DNA of 64,000 bases, from the NCBI GenBank assembly GCA_963693365.1, contig CAVNZM010000007.1, positions 10,475,962 through 10,539,961 of the forward strand, written 5' to 3'. The position numbers and the translations under genes are program-made. Origin of the DNA: Amoebidium appalachense (Eukaryota; Protista; Ichthyosporea). Below the pieces are notes generated by a model. It worked only from the letters and a program-made list of their open reading frames with translations. It made no database searches and was not told the DNA's origin. This document shows, piece by piece, positions 50,453 to 64,000 of this stretch (its first letter is position 1; every line of letters starts with the position of its first letter).

Positions 50453-53183
50453 ATGCCAAGTTATTTATCCGCCTACCGCTACGGCTACGGCGATGCCGAA
50501 ATCGGTACGTATCATAGTCCCACGATAGGGCACTGTGCCAGCTCTGCACCAGCTGTATTAGCACTCTGCCCATGCAACACAAACACAGCATGGTGCATGG
50601 GCTTTGCATGACCCCCGTTTCAACCGTTTGCAATAGCAAGAGACTACAAGAATATATAGGAAGATAGTTTTACAGCTTCATTTGTTCCATCTTTCGAAGC
50701 AATGCACACATGCACTACTACGCTCCCACCCATCGTGCCATTGGCATGTGTAACAGCATGTCCTTCCGCGCTGCAACGGGTGATGGGCCTGCAAACACTC
50801 ATACCGGCACAAAACACCCCATGCAGACCTTCATGAAATACCGCGCACACACGCACAAACAGCACACCATAGCACACACGCAGACACTTGGGTGCAAATA
50901 GGCAACTGCGTGAGTACTGCCACAACTCATTTGAACACACAACACCGTGCACAAAACACACACTTTCATTCACCGCGGCTAAAAAAAGGGTGGAACATTG
51001 GAGAGAGACGCACACGCATACACTGAGATACACATGCCTTTCACAACCATTCCTCTAGCTGCATTGTGTGCATGTACCAAATATGAAATCTAACCGGCAT
51101 AATTTGCAGTGGACAAAGCCAAGCCCGAGCCCAACCGGCGGCGGCGCTTGATGTTGATTATTGGAGGCGTCATAGTTGCCGTTGTTTTGGTTTCCATTGC
51201 AATTGCTGTACGTGCCACCTCCCCTTTCTCAAATCCGCCCCCCTCCTCCCCTCCCCCTCCCCCTTCCTTCCCATACCCCATTCAAACACCCACCCCACCG
51301 CGTCCTTCTGCCAGCTTAGCCCCTCTCCATCCTTCCGAGCTCCTCTCGGGTATTCCCTCTCCAGAACTTTTCGTTGTCCCATTGTTATCTATTTTCGTTT
51401 CTCCCCACCCACCAATACGCACGATGCTCCCATTTCCTCTCTGTTCTGTCTACCCCACGTGCCCACAGGGAACTCCAGAAGAGATGCTTTGCTACAGTAC
51501 GGAGTTGTTTTGTTGACCAATCAAAATGTCAGTACCAGGGTCCTTACCTGCTTGCCCTTCTCTTGTGTGTGTTTGTTGAAGGGGGTGGGGGGGGTTAGGG
51601 GATGGAGGAGGGAGGAAGGGAGGAGGGCTGGGGAGGGGGGGGAGGGGGAACATATACCCTATCTTCAAAATATTCGCCGGCTCTGCCACCCTGCCCCACC
51701 ATGCACCTCCACTAACGTGTGCACACCCACAGGTGGGTGTCAGCATGAAGAGCAGCTCCAGTGGGGAGATCAGCAGCAATATGCCCACCACCGTAATTGG
51801 CGACGAAGAAAAACCAGCTGACACATCGAAACCTGCCCCTCCACCCCCTGCACCCGTCGACACACGTAACACCCCCCTCCCCCCATCTCACCCCTTCTCG
51901 CCCTGTTTCTCCCCCCCCCCCCCCCCCCCCCCCCCTCCCTCCTCTCCCCCCTTTCCCTCCCTGCCGTCTCTTCCCAACACACCTTCGGACACACATATAA
52001 CTCTCTCCAACCCTTCCCTCCGTTTGTCACTTAAATTTGCTATTTCATCATTCACGAGTTAGCCAACCCACATTCGGCCATACTAAGTCCTAGCCCTCCT
52101 TTGCGCCCAACCAGCCCCAACCGATACTCTTTTGTCCTTCAATTCTCAACCCCTGCTTGGCGCACAGCAACAAATTTGTCAAAAGTGTCTTTTTCAGAGC
52201 ACAATATCTATACAAACAATAGCGATAATAGCCAAAAAAATTCACGTTGTAACCCTTAAACGCCGCCACAGGCACTCCCGTCTGCAAGTGTGATGCCGGT
52301 GTGTTCTACAACGGCAGCTGCTACAATCTGACCGACGCCGTAAACGCGGCCTCGCCAGGGGGGATCCTTTACCTCTCCAACGCAATTACGGTTACGGGTG
52401 AAACTATCGTCAACAAATCAATCAGCTTTGTGGGCACGCGCGAGTGTGGAAACATCACCCCGACGGTTAATGTGACAATGCCTAATAATACCGATGTTGG
52501 TGTTTTCCGGGTTAAGGGTGACCAGACGTCGCTTATGCTTAAGGGGATCCTTTTCCGGAAAATTGGAAAGACACTGGGGTCTGTAGTAAGATCCGTGGAC
52601 TTGCCGAACGATGCTGTATTGGGCGATGGGGACTCCAAATACAAGCCCACTAAGGAAACCATCAATTTACGTATTGAAAATTGCGAATTCCGGGATTTCT
52701 TGACCCATTGGCGGGGCGGGTCTGTAATTTACATTGAGAGGGTCGGAAAAGTGGATATTATCAAGTCGAATTTCACCAACAACGCCGTCGACAACAAGAA
52801 AATTCTCTATGATGGTACGGGGGCAATCTATTTCCGGACAATCCCAACTTCCTCCGTCGTAACCATCAGAGACTGCGTGTTTGCACGCAACAAACACCTC
52901 TTTTTCCACGGTCTGGGTGCGGCATTTGGCGCCACCTATCTTAACGGAAAAATGATGGCCACGAACAATCAATTTGTGGAAAATGTTTCGCGCGGCGGCG
53001 GTGCCGTGTATGTTGAGTATGTGCAACAGTCCAGCTATCTGCAACTGGGTGGTGAGTTCATGTACAACACAGTCATCGATGTGGGGGCGGGTTCACGCGG
53101 TGGTGCCGTTTGGCTTAAGAACATCTACGGCAAAGTCGACATCACGGGAGCGTATGTACCCCCTCACCCTCCCCCTCACCCCC

Positions 53184-53245
<62 letters not shown>

Positions 53246-54169
53246 ACCACCACCACCACCACCACCACCACCACCAGTCTCCCCCTCCCCCCTCTCCCCT
53301 CTCTCCCCCCTCTCGGCATACACACATGCGACACACACGTGTCCTTACTCGTCTTTTATCAACCGTCCCCCCCCCCCCCCCTTCCCCAACACACACGCGC
53401 ACACCATCACCACAACCACACCAAACCCAATTCTCTTTCGAGTTTAAGGAACATGCTCCTCCAAGTGCCCCCATTCATCAAGCGGATTTCAGCAGTGTTC
53501 AGTCATTCTTAACATAGAGAGGCTACCCTTTGCCCTATTTGGTCTGTTTTTGCCATGAAATGTGCTAGACTTACAAGACAGTTTGCCTAAACCTAGTTGT
53601 ATGCTCCCCTCCAAGCAACACACACACACATACACACACACACACGCACACACGCACACACACGCACACACACACACACACACACGAGCAGGTTTGTGGA
53701 AAACACATCCCCCACGGATCGTGGTGCAGCCATTGCCAACAACGAACTCAGCAAGGGTGGCGTTGTTACAATCGATGCCGATTTCGAAAAGAACAAAGCA
53801 GGAAAGGGGGCCAGTATCTGGGACACGTTTTATGACTTCTCTGATTCCTCCCTCACCTTTAAGCGCGGCACAAAGGCCAGCAACAATTGGTCGGACCTTA
53901 AACTAGACGTCGCTGTTCGGTTGGTTCGGCCCAAATTGGGCGCCCAGACGATTACGATTGGAAACCACACTGTAGGGTTGATGGATGGCAACATTGTTTC
54001 CTATGACGGCTTTAAGGTGCACAACAAGACCATCGACATGCCCACAAACGTTAACGGCTCAACGGTGATTGCCCCCGTCAAGTTTAAGGCGCCTGCTCTC
54101 CCCTCATACATGCAAGATGTCGAGGTGACGGAGGCTGAACTTAATGACGGCAATGTTGTGCTCAGCTAA
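50453..54169 (+). CDS. Type II membrane protein with a pectin-lyase-like beta-helix (Pmp/POMP-type GGA(I/V) and FxxN repeats)
   Basis: Exons 50453-50504, 51110-51207, 51733-51865, 52272-53151 and 53692-54169 are all phase-consistent. RRRR + TM anchor, Pro-rich stalk, and FTNN, FARN, FVEN, GGAV, GAAI repeats. Confidence 0.85.
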
Positions 54170-54598
54170 ATTGGGTTTTTACCATAGATGGTGATTTTTT
54201 AAAGACCTTTGCCTATTATGAGATAATGGGAGGCGAACAGTGCCAGTTTTATTGGAGAGTTGTGAAATTTTGAGCATCAACTTATTTTGTAAATATTAGA
54301 TAGATTACTTGCCATTGATATGATTTGATGTTAATATGTGTAACTGAATCAGGGCTCGGGCTCATGCTCTCGATATCATATAGATATAACAGCTGTAGAT
54401 AGTATGTGATGTTGATAGGCGAAAATTCGTCAGAGGGTTACCCGCATGATATTAAATGCCCTTGCACGGGCTGATCTTTTTCTTGTATTTCTGCAGCAGC
54501 AACAATAATTCACAACTGTAGTAAAACGAAATGCCGATGTTCACAATCATTCAAGGGCCATTGTTGTATGCAAACTCTAATCATGTCCATTCTCGGCC

Positions 54599-54640
<42 letters not shown>

Positions 54641-54907
54641 AAAAAAAAAAAAAAAAGAAGAAGAAAAAACACAATCCTTCACCCACTTTCTCCAGTACCT
54701 TGAGGATTCCCGGGGTATTTGAGTTGTCGGCCGTGCAGTCTGAGTCTGGTTCTACTAGCAGTCGCTCATCTTGCATGTATGACAACCGCTTCACATTTTT
54801 AGACACAAGCTTTCTGGAACACGTAAGCATTAGCAAAAGCCAAAAGCGTTGTAAAGGTGGGTGTGTGCCGCGCGGCGAGGCGGGGGGGGGGGGGGGGAGG
54901 GGTGTGT

Positions 54908-54938
<31 letters not shown>

Positions 54939-55877
54939 GGGGGGGCGCTTTAGGAGGGTTTTTGGGTTTGGGGGATCAACGGAGAGGGTGGGGAGGGAGA
55001 AGGGACCGGAGGAGGGGAGGAGGGGAGGGGGTGGAAGGGGGTGGAAGGGGCCCGGGGGGAGGGAGGACGGGGGGGGGGGGGGGGAGGGGGAGGGGGGAGG
55101 AAGAAACGGAAGGTTCCCGGGTTTGGGGGATTGATGGTGGCACTGACATAGTCACTTGAATGCACACACGTACACACACACAGCCAGCCTCCCGGTCATG
55201 GCCACCTGCACGTCATCTGCACACACATACAGGCGGGCAGGCAGGCAGACAGGCACGGAGACTCAACGGTACCCACGCACACACACATGCTCGATCCACA
55301 CACCTCTATTACTGCAAGACACTCCGCACACACGTACTATGAGACTTACACACCGTGAAATCTAAACCTGTTCATTCAACCCCTGTCACCCAGAGGACCA
55401 CCGCCACCCCCACACAACGGTTCAGGGAAAGTTCTGTTGTCCTATTTATTACTTTCACGGTCGACCCTACATACTTGGGGAGACCGGTAATGGATGCCTA
55501 ATACTTCTCACACAGCTGTCTCGTTTACTCCAACTGTTTGGGAATGCAAAAAAACAAAAAAGTTGTGAAATAAAATTACAACGGAAGTTACCAGAAAACA
55601 CCGAAAATTTAAAGGTTCATTAGTGAATTAAGGTGGTACAATTCAGTCAGACCACCATGTCGCATATGCCATACGAGCAGGCACATATACTTTGAAATTC
55701 AGCCTCACCATATGTAGTCTGTAACCCTGCATATGCAAACACACGCCTTTCATAGTCACTCCCCCAGCTGTACCAACCTATATTTGGCATAACCGCCATT
55801 CACGATTCACCTACATATTACCATCAATTCACTACATGCATCTAAACTTCTTCCTATGTATAGAATATAAACCCCCC

Positions 55878-57858
<1,981 letters not shown>

Positions 57859-58211
57859 AGTGCCGCACTGCTGGTTTCTTACTTTAATTCACACCCGGTC
57901 CACTTACTTCTACTCGGACCAATTTCACCAGCAATCGGCTATATTTTACACCATGTGAAGAACTTGTGTCCCGGCGTGACCAACACGACTATGTGCTATC
58001 ACAGAGCCATAAAAAGATGCAAAGCAAGGATGTGCACACTATGTACAGCACAAGGGAAGCGTTCAAAGTTATAGGTTTCGCTACCACTTGCCCTGCAACG
58101 TTGGAGCGTTTACATAGCGTTTGGTAACAACACTCGGGGCTTGTTTGCTTACTCACATGAATTCATAGAGACTCGCGGGCTGCGCCTGGGCCAAGCGACG
58201 GCGGTAATAAA

Positions 58212-58264
58212 TGACGTCATTTTCCCCTTGTTGAAAGGTTTATGACCTATGAGACGTGACGTCA
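58212..58264. promoter_or_regulatory. Two perfect CRE palindromes (TGACGTCA) in the divergent EMRE / EF-hand intergenic region
   Basis: TGACGTCA at 58212-58219 and 58257-58264; the second is followed by TAAATAA. Confidence 0.5.
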
Positions 58265-58436
58265 TAAATAAGGAGTGAGCCACTCAGCCTGTGGGAATTC
58301 CGAAGGCTTAAATGTTCGGGATGGTTAGAAACTTTTGAGAGGCGAGAGTGCACCAGAGAAGGGTGGGTTAGGAACACTCACAAATACAGGCACACTCCGT
58401 TCACCAAGTAAGCTCGCGCACACACACACGCACAGG

Positions 58437-59003
58437 ATGGAGCACGAGGACACGAAAGGGCCTTCTTCGCCTCAGGGGGCAGACACGCACAAGCGCACGC
58501 GCGCACCGACCATCACCCCCGACCCGCACACAGCCAAGGTGCAGCGCACACAGCCTGACGGGGTGTTTGCTGTCCCGGACGCGTCCCCGCGTCTCTCCAC
58601 GCGTGTGCCTGCGGAGACCACACTCAGGCGCACAGCAAGTAGCACGAGCAGCACCAGCGACCACCCCCTTAGTGCTGAAGAGTTGGCGGAGAGCATGGCA
58701 AACCACCCCGTGTTAAAGGCAGCCTTTGAGAAGTACGACACTAACAAGAGTGGAAGCATAGATACTACAGAGCTGGCTAACATCTTTAAGGACCTCAAGT
58801 GGCCCTGTAGTGGTGATATGCTGCAGCAGGCTTTGGCGTTCCTGGACAGCGACAACAGTGGGAGCATAGAGTGGGCGGAGTTCTTAAAGTGGACCGAGTT
58901 TGGCTGGCAATACCATGTGCTTAAAGGTGCACAGGAACTGCCTGGGTCTAAGAGGGGGCCGGACGGAAAGCCCGAGCTGGAGTGTCTCAAGTATGTCAAC
59001 TAA
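58437..59003 (+). CDS. Two-EF-hand calcium-binding protein (3' end may be spliced further)
   Basis: Canonical loops DTNKSGSIDTTE and DSDNSGSIEWAE after a disordered N-terminus; possible donor AA|GTATGT near 58991. Confidence 0.85.
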   Translation: MEHEDTKGPSSPQGADTHKRTRAPTITPDPHTAKVQRTQPDGVFAVPDASPRLSTRVPAETTLRRTASSTSSTSDHPLSAEELAESMANHPVLKAAFEKYDTNKSGSIDTTELANIFKDLKWPCSGDMLQQALAFLDSDNSGSIEWAEFLKWTEFGWQYHVLKGAQELPGSKRGPDGKPELECLKYVN

Positions 59004-59095
59004 GGGAGAAAGGAGACTAGAACAGATACACACGTGCACGGAATATGGTGCTTGTGGGTCGACATGCGTGTAGGTGCACACACAGCATACGCATG

Positions 59096-59307
<212 letters not shown>

Positions 59308-59977
59308 TACAAACCTGCAGGAGAGCATACAGACATGTACACGCACCTTCATATACACCCACACACTCACACCCTCTTCAGGTTTAAACGAATGTTCCTA
59401 CTAAAGATGTATTTTGTTTTGTTTAGTTTTGTTCCTATTGTTTACTACATCGTGTACGGCTTGAGTTAACTGAAACATAACGAAGGTTGTGAACGGAACA
59501 CAGATGAGAACACCATTTGCATACCATGGGCCCGATACTTATTTTCCTTTAGGCTCGGCAATCATCTTCCCTTTTTATAGGATTGTGTGGTAGTTATGGG
59601 CCGCAGCATTTGGGCTGAGCGTCATGTATTGTAGCCCACATAGGAATAGGATACTTATTGCGTAGTATAGCTTGGGAGAAAGAGCATACTTACGGTGGAT
59701 TAGCTGGTGATGAAACGATAGGCGCCAAGAAAAACGATGATAAATACTACGTAGAAACCATTCAAGGTGAGCTCACGCATCAATCTGCCACCCAAAGGGC
59801 ACTCCAAAGCATGACCCCAACATACAGTTTGTGTTGAGTTGTGCTGTATGCCTAGCAGCTGCCGTTTTGCGTACATGCATTTCAAAGACTATCAGTACAC
59901 CGTGGTTATGAAGGCTATGCACCAAGGCAATTCACGCCGATAGACACACCCACACCACGACCACACATGCGCGTGCG

Positions 59978-60029
<52 letters not shown>

Positions 60030-60424
60030 ACACACAAACACACACACACACACATACACACATGCTCTACGGTGTATGCGCGTGCACAGACACTGACTTC
60101 TCACACGAACACACACACACACACACACACCCCAACACACACACGCACACACAAACACACACACAAAGAAACATACACACGATCAAAGGCATGAGAACAC
60201 TGTGCAGATAAATACGCGCAGTTTGCACACAAGTTGCAGAACGTGTGTTTACTCACACACCCTCCCTCTCTTCCTTCCCCTCACACTTTTTTGTGTCCTA
60301 ATGTCTAATGTTCACCATAACCCCCCACTCCCCCCCTCCCCCCTCCCCCTCCCCCCTCCCCCTCCCCCGCTCCCCTGCCCCCCTCCCCGCCCCGGGAGTC
60401 CCCCCTCACCCCCTTGTAACCGGG

Positions 60425-60616
60425 CCACATTATCGGTTGTAAATGTGTATTCTTACTTGTATACATGAAATTCCCCCTCCCCGAGCCCCCCCCCTCTTCC
60501 TTCCCCCATCCCCCCCCTCTCCCTCTCCCTGTCCCCTGTCCGCCCTCCCCTCTCTTTTTAAACTGCATCACAATACCCGTTGTGAATTTGTAGTTTATAC
60601 TTGTATACACGAAATC
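60425..60616 (+). mobile_element. Two strongly diverged 3' fragments of the poly(C)-associated repeat family
   Basis: CTGCATCACAATACCCGTTGTGAATTTGTAGTTTATACTT... and TTATCGGTTGTAAATGTGTATTCTTACTT... each end in C runs and resemble the core 3' half. Confidence 0.35.
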
Positions 60617-61858
60617 CCCCCCCCCCCCCCCCCCTCCCCCTCGCGCCCATCAAAAAAAACCCACCCTCTCCCCTATCCCTCTCCTCCTGCCCAGATCCAC
60701 CCCGTGCCTGCGTGTCTACTTGCACCCACGGAACACACGTACAATGTCAGACTGATGCACACAAACCCATTCGTAAACACTTGCACACACATTCATGCCC
60801 CTGCAATCCAACACCCAAGAGCCAAGTATCTGCGAAATCGAACACGAATGACCCACCGCAATTTTACAGCAGTTGCATCCATTGCACCATTAGTTATTAC
60901 AATTTACATATGCATGCGCCCATGGGCCGGAAAACGTTCAAAGAGTCGTAAGTTCACATCTAAATAAAATGACTAGGTGTAATTACACCGGTACCCTGAG
61001 CGGCATGTGATGATGTTTAGAAGGGGTGAGCGGCCAGTAAAATGGGAAGATCACTTGACGCGCGCACCCGGGGGCAGGGGGTGGGGGGGAGGATGGCCCA
61101 GGGAAGGGGGGATCTTCTTCCCTTTCTAGAACCGTTCCTTCCCCTTTAGGCCTTTCTTTCTTTGTATTCTAACGTTTTTTTTTGCCCTGGGGAGAGGGGG
61201 GGGGGGGGTTCAGCAACGGGTATGTGCTCATCGGTAACGATACGCGTTGTTGTGCAAACAGTACCAACCGCTTTATTTGCTGGTCTGGTGGTGCTCTGGC
61301 GGATGCGCACATGAACAATTGCAATCGGATATGCACACCAATCCAATGCCTAGCCTAGTGTGTGTATTACCACAGCTGATAAATTATCCTAATGGTCTTA
61401 AATTCCCCCCCCCCCCCCCCCCCCCCCCCCAAAAGAAAATAGACAAACAAATAAATAAAGACACCCAACCCTGACCTCTGTCTGCCCTACAGAAGAGAAA
61501 TATGTTTTGCCATTCAACTAATGCCACTGCCCTCTGATCAACAGCGAATGTTCATTAACATATTTTTTAAAGCATGTGCCCAACTGCATGTACTAATTAT
61601 TAAGGTCTAGGTCGGGATAACAATTTCGGCGCTCAACACCAATAGCACGTCAGCAAGACCTCAAATGGGCTCACAGATTTTACCACCATTAAAAGATGCT
61701 TAGTCCATACATGGTAGTTTGTTAAAAATTACCCAAATAAAGAAATGTCGACCCACGGTTGTCGAATAGAGTTGATTGAGAACCCACCCCTGCATCCAAA
61801 AATAGACCACACCATAATGCATACATTCAAAAATAGAATCGGGCCCTGGAGCCAGACT

Positions 61859-62423
61859 TCAGTCACACGAGCCGTCCTTCCATCCGTCCCGCCACCTCTC
61901 ATCCGTCTGCATTACCAAATAAGGTTAGTAACAACACACTGCTATTGGCCTGTTATGACAATCCCCACCTTATCCCCCAAATTATTGCTGTACCTCCAAC
62001 CCTCTCCACACAAAAAGAACAAATACCCTCCAGGCTCCCCTCCCCCCCCCCCCCCCCCCCTTTCCTCTCCACACAAAAAGAACAAATACCCTCCAGGCTT
62101 CCCCCCCCCCCCCCCCCCCTTCCCCCTGGTCTCCTGCTGCACGCATGCACGAAGACACACACACACCCTCCACCGAGGAAGGAAAGGGGGAGGGAGACGA
62201 GACCTAGGGAGGAAAGGGGGGGGGGGGGGGGGGGGGGGGGGATGGGGGGACAGGGCGATAATGTCTGTTCTGTGTTCTTTTGTGTGTGCATGCATGTGTT
62301 GTGTGTGCATGTGGATCCGTGTGCATGCACGCACACGTGCCTGTGTTTGTTGTTTCGTGTAAACGCGCTTGTCCGTGCCAGGAAAGCTTGGAGAGATGGA
62401 CGGGGGAGGGAGGGAGGGGAGGG

Positions 62424-62460
<37 letters not shown>

Positions 62461-63677
62461 GTTATTTACTTTTGAGCAGTCGAATTCGTCCTTTCCCAAA
62501 TAGCGGTTGACCTCATTGTGCATTCGGCACAGCCACTGTGAAAGATCCCTCTGGGACCCCACGTCGGGGGGGTTCTTGGTCTGGAGTATGAAAATTTTAC
62601 TCGGAGATCTCACGAACTTATAAATGCAGGGTGAAAAAATTAATGAAATGTTTCTTGATGAGTGGGGGTGCATGAGACTGCAAGGGAGGTAACGTGGGCT
62701 TGCTGAAAGAGAATTCAAGAGAACTCGGCGCCAAAATGAGGGGGTCAATAATTGTGTGTGTGTTAGCGTTCTTTTGCATATTGTTGGGTGACGAGGAAGG
62801 AGAGAACGTGTCCAAGGGGGGAAGAGGGGGGGGGGGGGGGGGGGGGGGGGGGAGGGGGGGGGGGGAGGGGATACGAAAATGGGAGGATGTAACATGAAGG
62901 GAAGAGAGAATAGAAAAGAAGCATGAGGGAGGGAAAGAAGGCATAGGATATGGGGGGGAGGGGATGGGGGGATCTCAAGGGAATAAAGTGGGTAAGGAAG
63001 GGGAAGGGGGGGGGGGGGGGGGAGGGGGGGGGGGGGGGGGGGGGGATATGCAGCATGGAGAATGGCCCATCTTCACTTTACAAAAATGCACAAATCTTTA
63101 TATAGATCTTGGATGCAAGGGGATAAGCACCTGACATAAAACGAAAACTCACGTGTGTGCCTGTGTGTGTGTGTGTGTGGCGGCGGCGGGAGGAGGAGGA
63201 GGAGGAGGAGGGGGGGGGGGGGGGGGGGGGGGGTGGTAGAATGCGGAATATGGTACGAAGTACAACTACACGATGAGAAAGACTGTACAGGACAAACATT
63301 CAAACATGCAACATCAGCAAGGCGCGCAGCATTCACATTAGCAGAGTCCATCCTCGAAGGAGGTGGGGCGGCAGGGGCCGGGGGGAGGGGGGTTTAAATG
63401 CGGAACACGGTACGAAGTACGCATACACGATGAGAAGCATGGTGCAGGATACATGCAAAGGCAAACATTCAAGTATGCAACATCATCCATGCGCACAGTA
63501 TGCGTCATAAGCAGAGCCCATCCTCAGGGGGGGGGGGGGGGAGGTGGGAGGGGAGGGGGGATCGATACCAGTGATTTCTGGAGATGTGTGGCACAGTCCC
63601 CACATGGATAAAAACGAGAGAGCGCAGAAAAGAACCCCCGCATGGCTTCTTGCTCGGTGCTGCTCGGCTTTTCCGGG
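61859..63677 (-). CDS. ERV1: FAD-linked sulfhydryl oxidase Erv1/ALR, 3' exons (5' part outside window)
   Basis: Exons 63677-63569, 62580-62470, 61906-61859. Motifs FYPCGDCA (CxxC), WLCRMHNEVN..LGKDEFDC and DERWRDGWKDGSCD*. Confidence 0.95.
63237..63530 (-). mobile_element. Two tandem copies of a variant subfamily of the poly(C)-associated repeat
   Basis: 63393-63530 begins CCTGAGGATGGGCTCTGCTTAT and ends GTACTTCGTAC..GCATTTAAACCCC. 63237-63360 is a diverged sister copy. Both lie in an ERV1 intron, sense orientation. Confidence 0.7.
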
Positions 63678-63716
<39 letters not shown>

Positions 63717-64000
63717 TGCCCACTCTCATGCATTTGTGCAATTAGGGGAGCAGAGGGGTTGGAAAAGTTGTTCACGTAAGTAGATTGGTAAAGCTGTGTG
63801 GTGCTTTGAGATATGCCGGGAATAGTGGGCGGATATCTCATATTCTCTCAGGTGTCAGCCCACCCCCCAACCCTTCAACCCAAGAGCCCCCCGCTCTCTC
63901 TCCCCCCTCACACCATACACACACGCACAGTCTCCCCCCCCCCCCACACACACACGCACAGTCTCCCCCCCCCCCCCCCCCCCCCCCCCCCCGGAAAAAC

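Noticed and set aside
54450-55230. Possible small minus-strand exons (KLVSKNVKRLSYMQDE...)
   Set aside because: Plausible AG/GT borders, but no start exon or homology could be assigned.
58408-58435. 28-nt GTAAG...CAG mini-intron just before the EF-hand ATG
   Set aside because: Much shorter than the other introns here and untestable by reading frame because it lies in the UTR; needs cDNA.

Overview
Eukaryotic, intron-rich, microsatellite-saturated genomic DNA (poly-C/poly-G, (CA)n/(GT)n, (GA)n). The gene content suggests a non-animal opisthokont, which is an inference. Most ORFs in the supplied track are simple-repeat artefacts. Manual splicing recovers these genes: a secreted SGNH/GDSL-fold protein lacking its catalytic residues, a Git3/cAR-like 7TM receptor, exosome subunit EXOSC6/MTR3, a BC-box LRR protein, a type II membrane Pmp-like beta-helix protein, EMRE (SMDT1), a two-EF-hand protein and the 3' part of ERV1/GFER. 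Mobile DNA includes a very young full-length Ty1/copia element (LTRs identical by eye, half-tRNA PBS, atypical 4-bp TSD, Gag start inside the LTR) that interrupts a host ORF. There are also two hAT MITEs with 8-bp TSDs (one carrying a tRNA-derived SINE), a miniature gypsy remnant and a palindromic MITE-like element. Two signals stand out. (1) A ~12-copy, 5'-truncated 110-180 bp repeat family has 3' ends that run into C-rich/poly(C) tracts, and it lies sense in every host intron where it occurs. (2) In many introns a (CA)n array replaces the polypyrimidine tract, sometimes with complementary repeats at the 5' end and, once or twice, an apparent CG acceptor.
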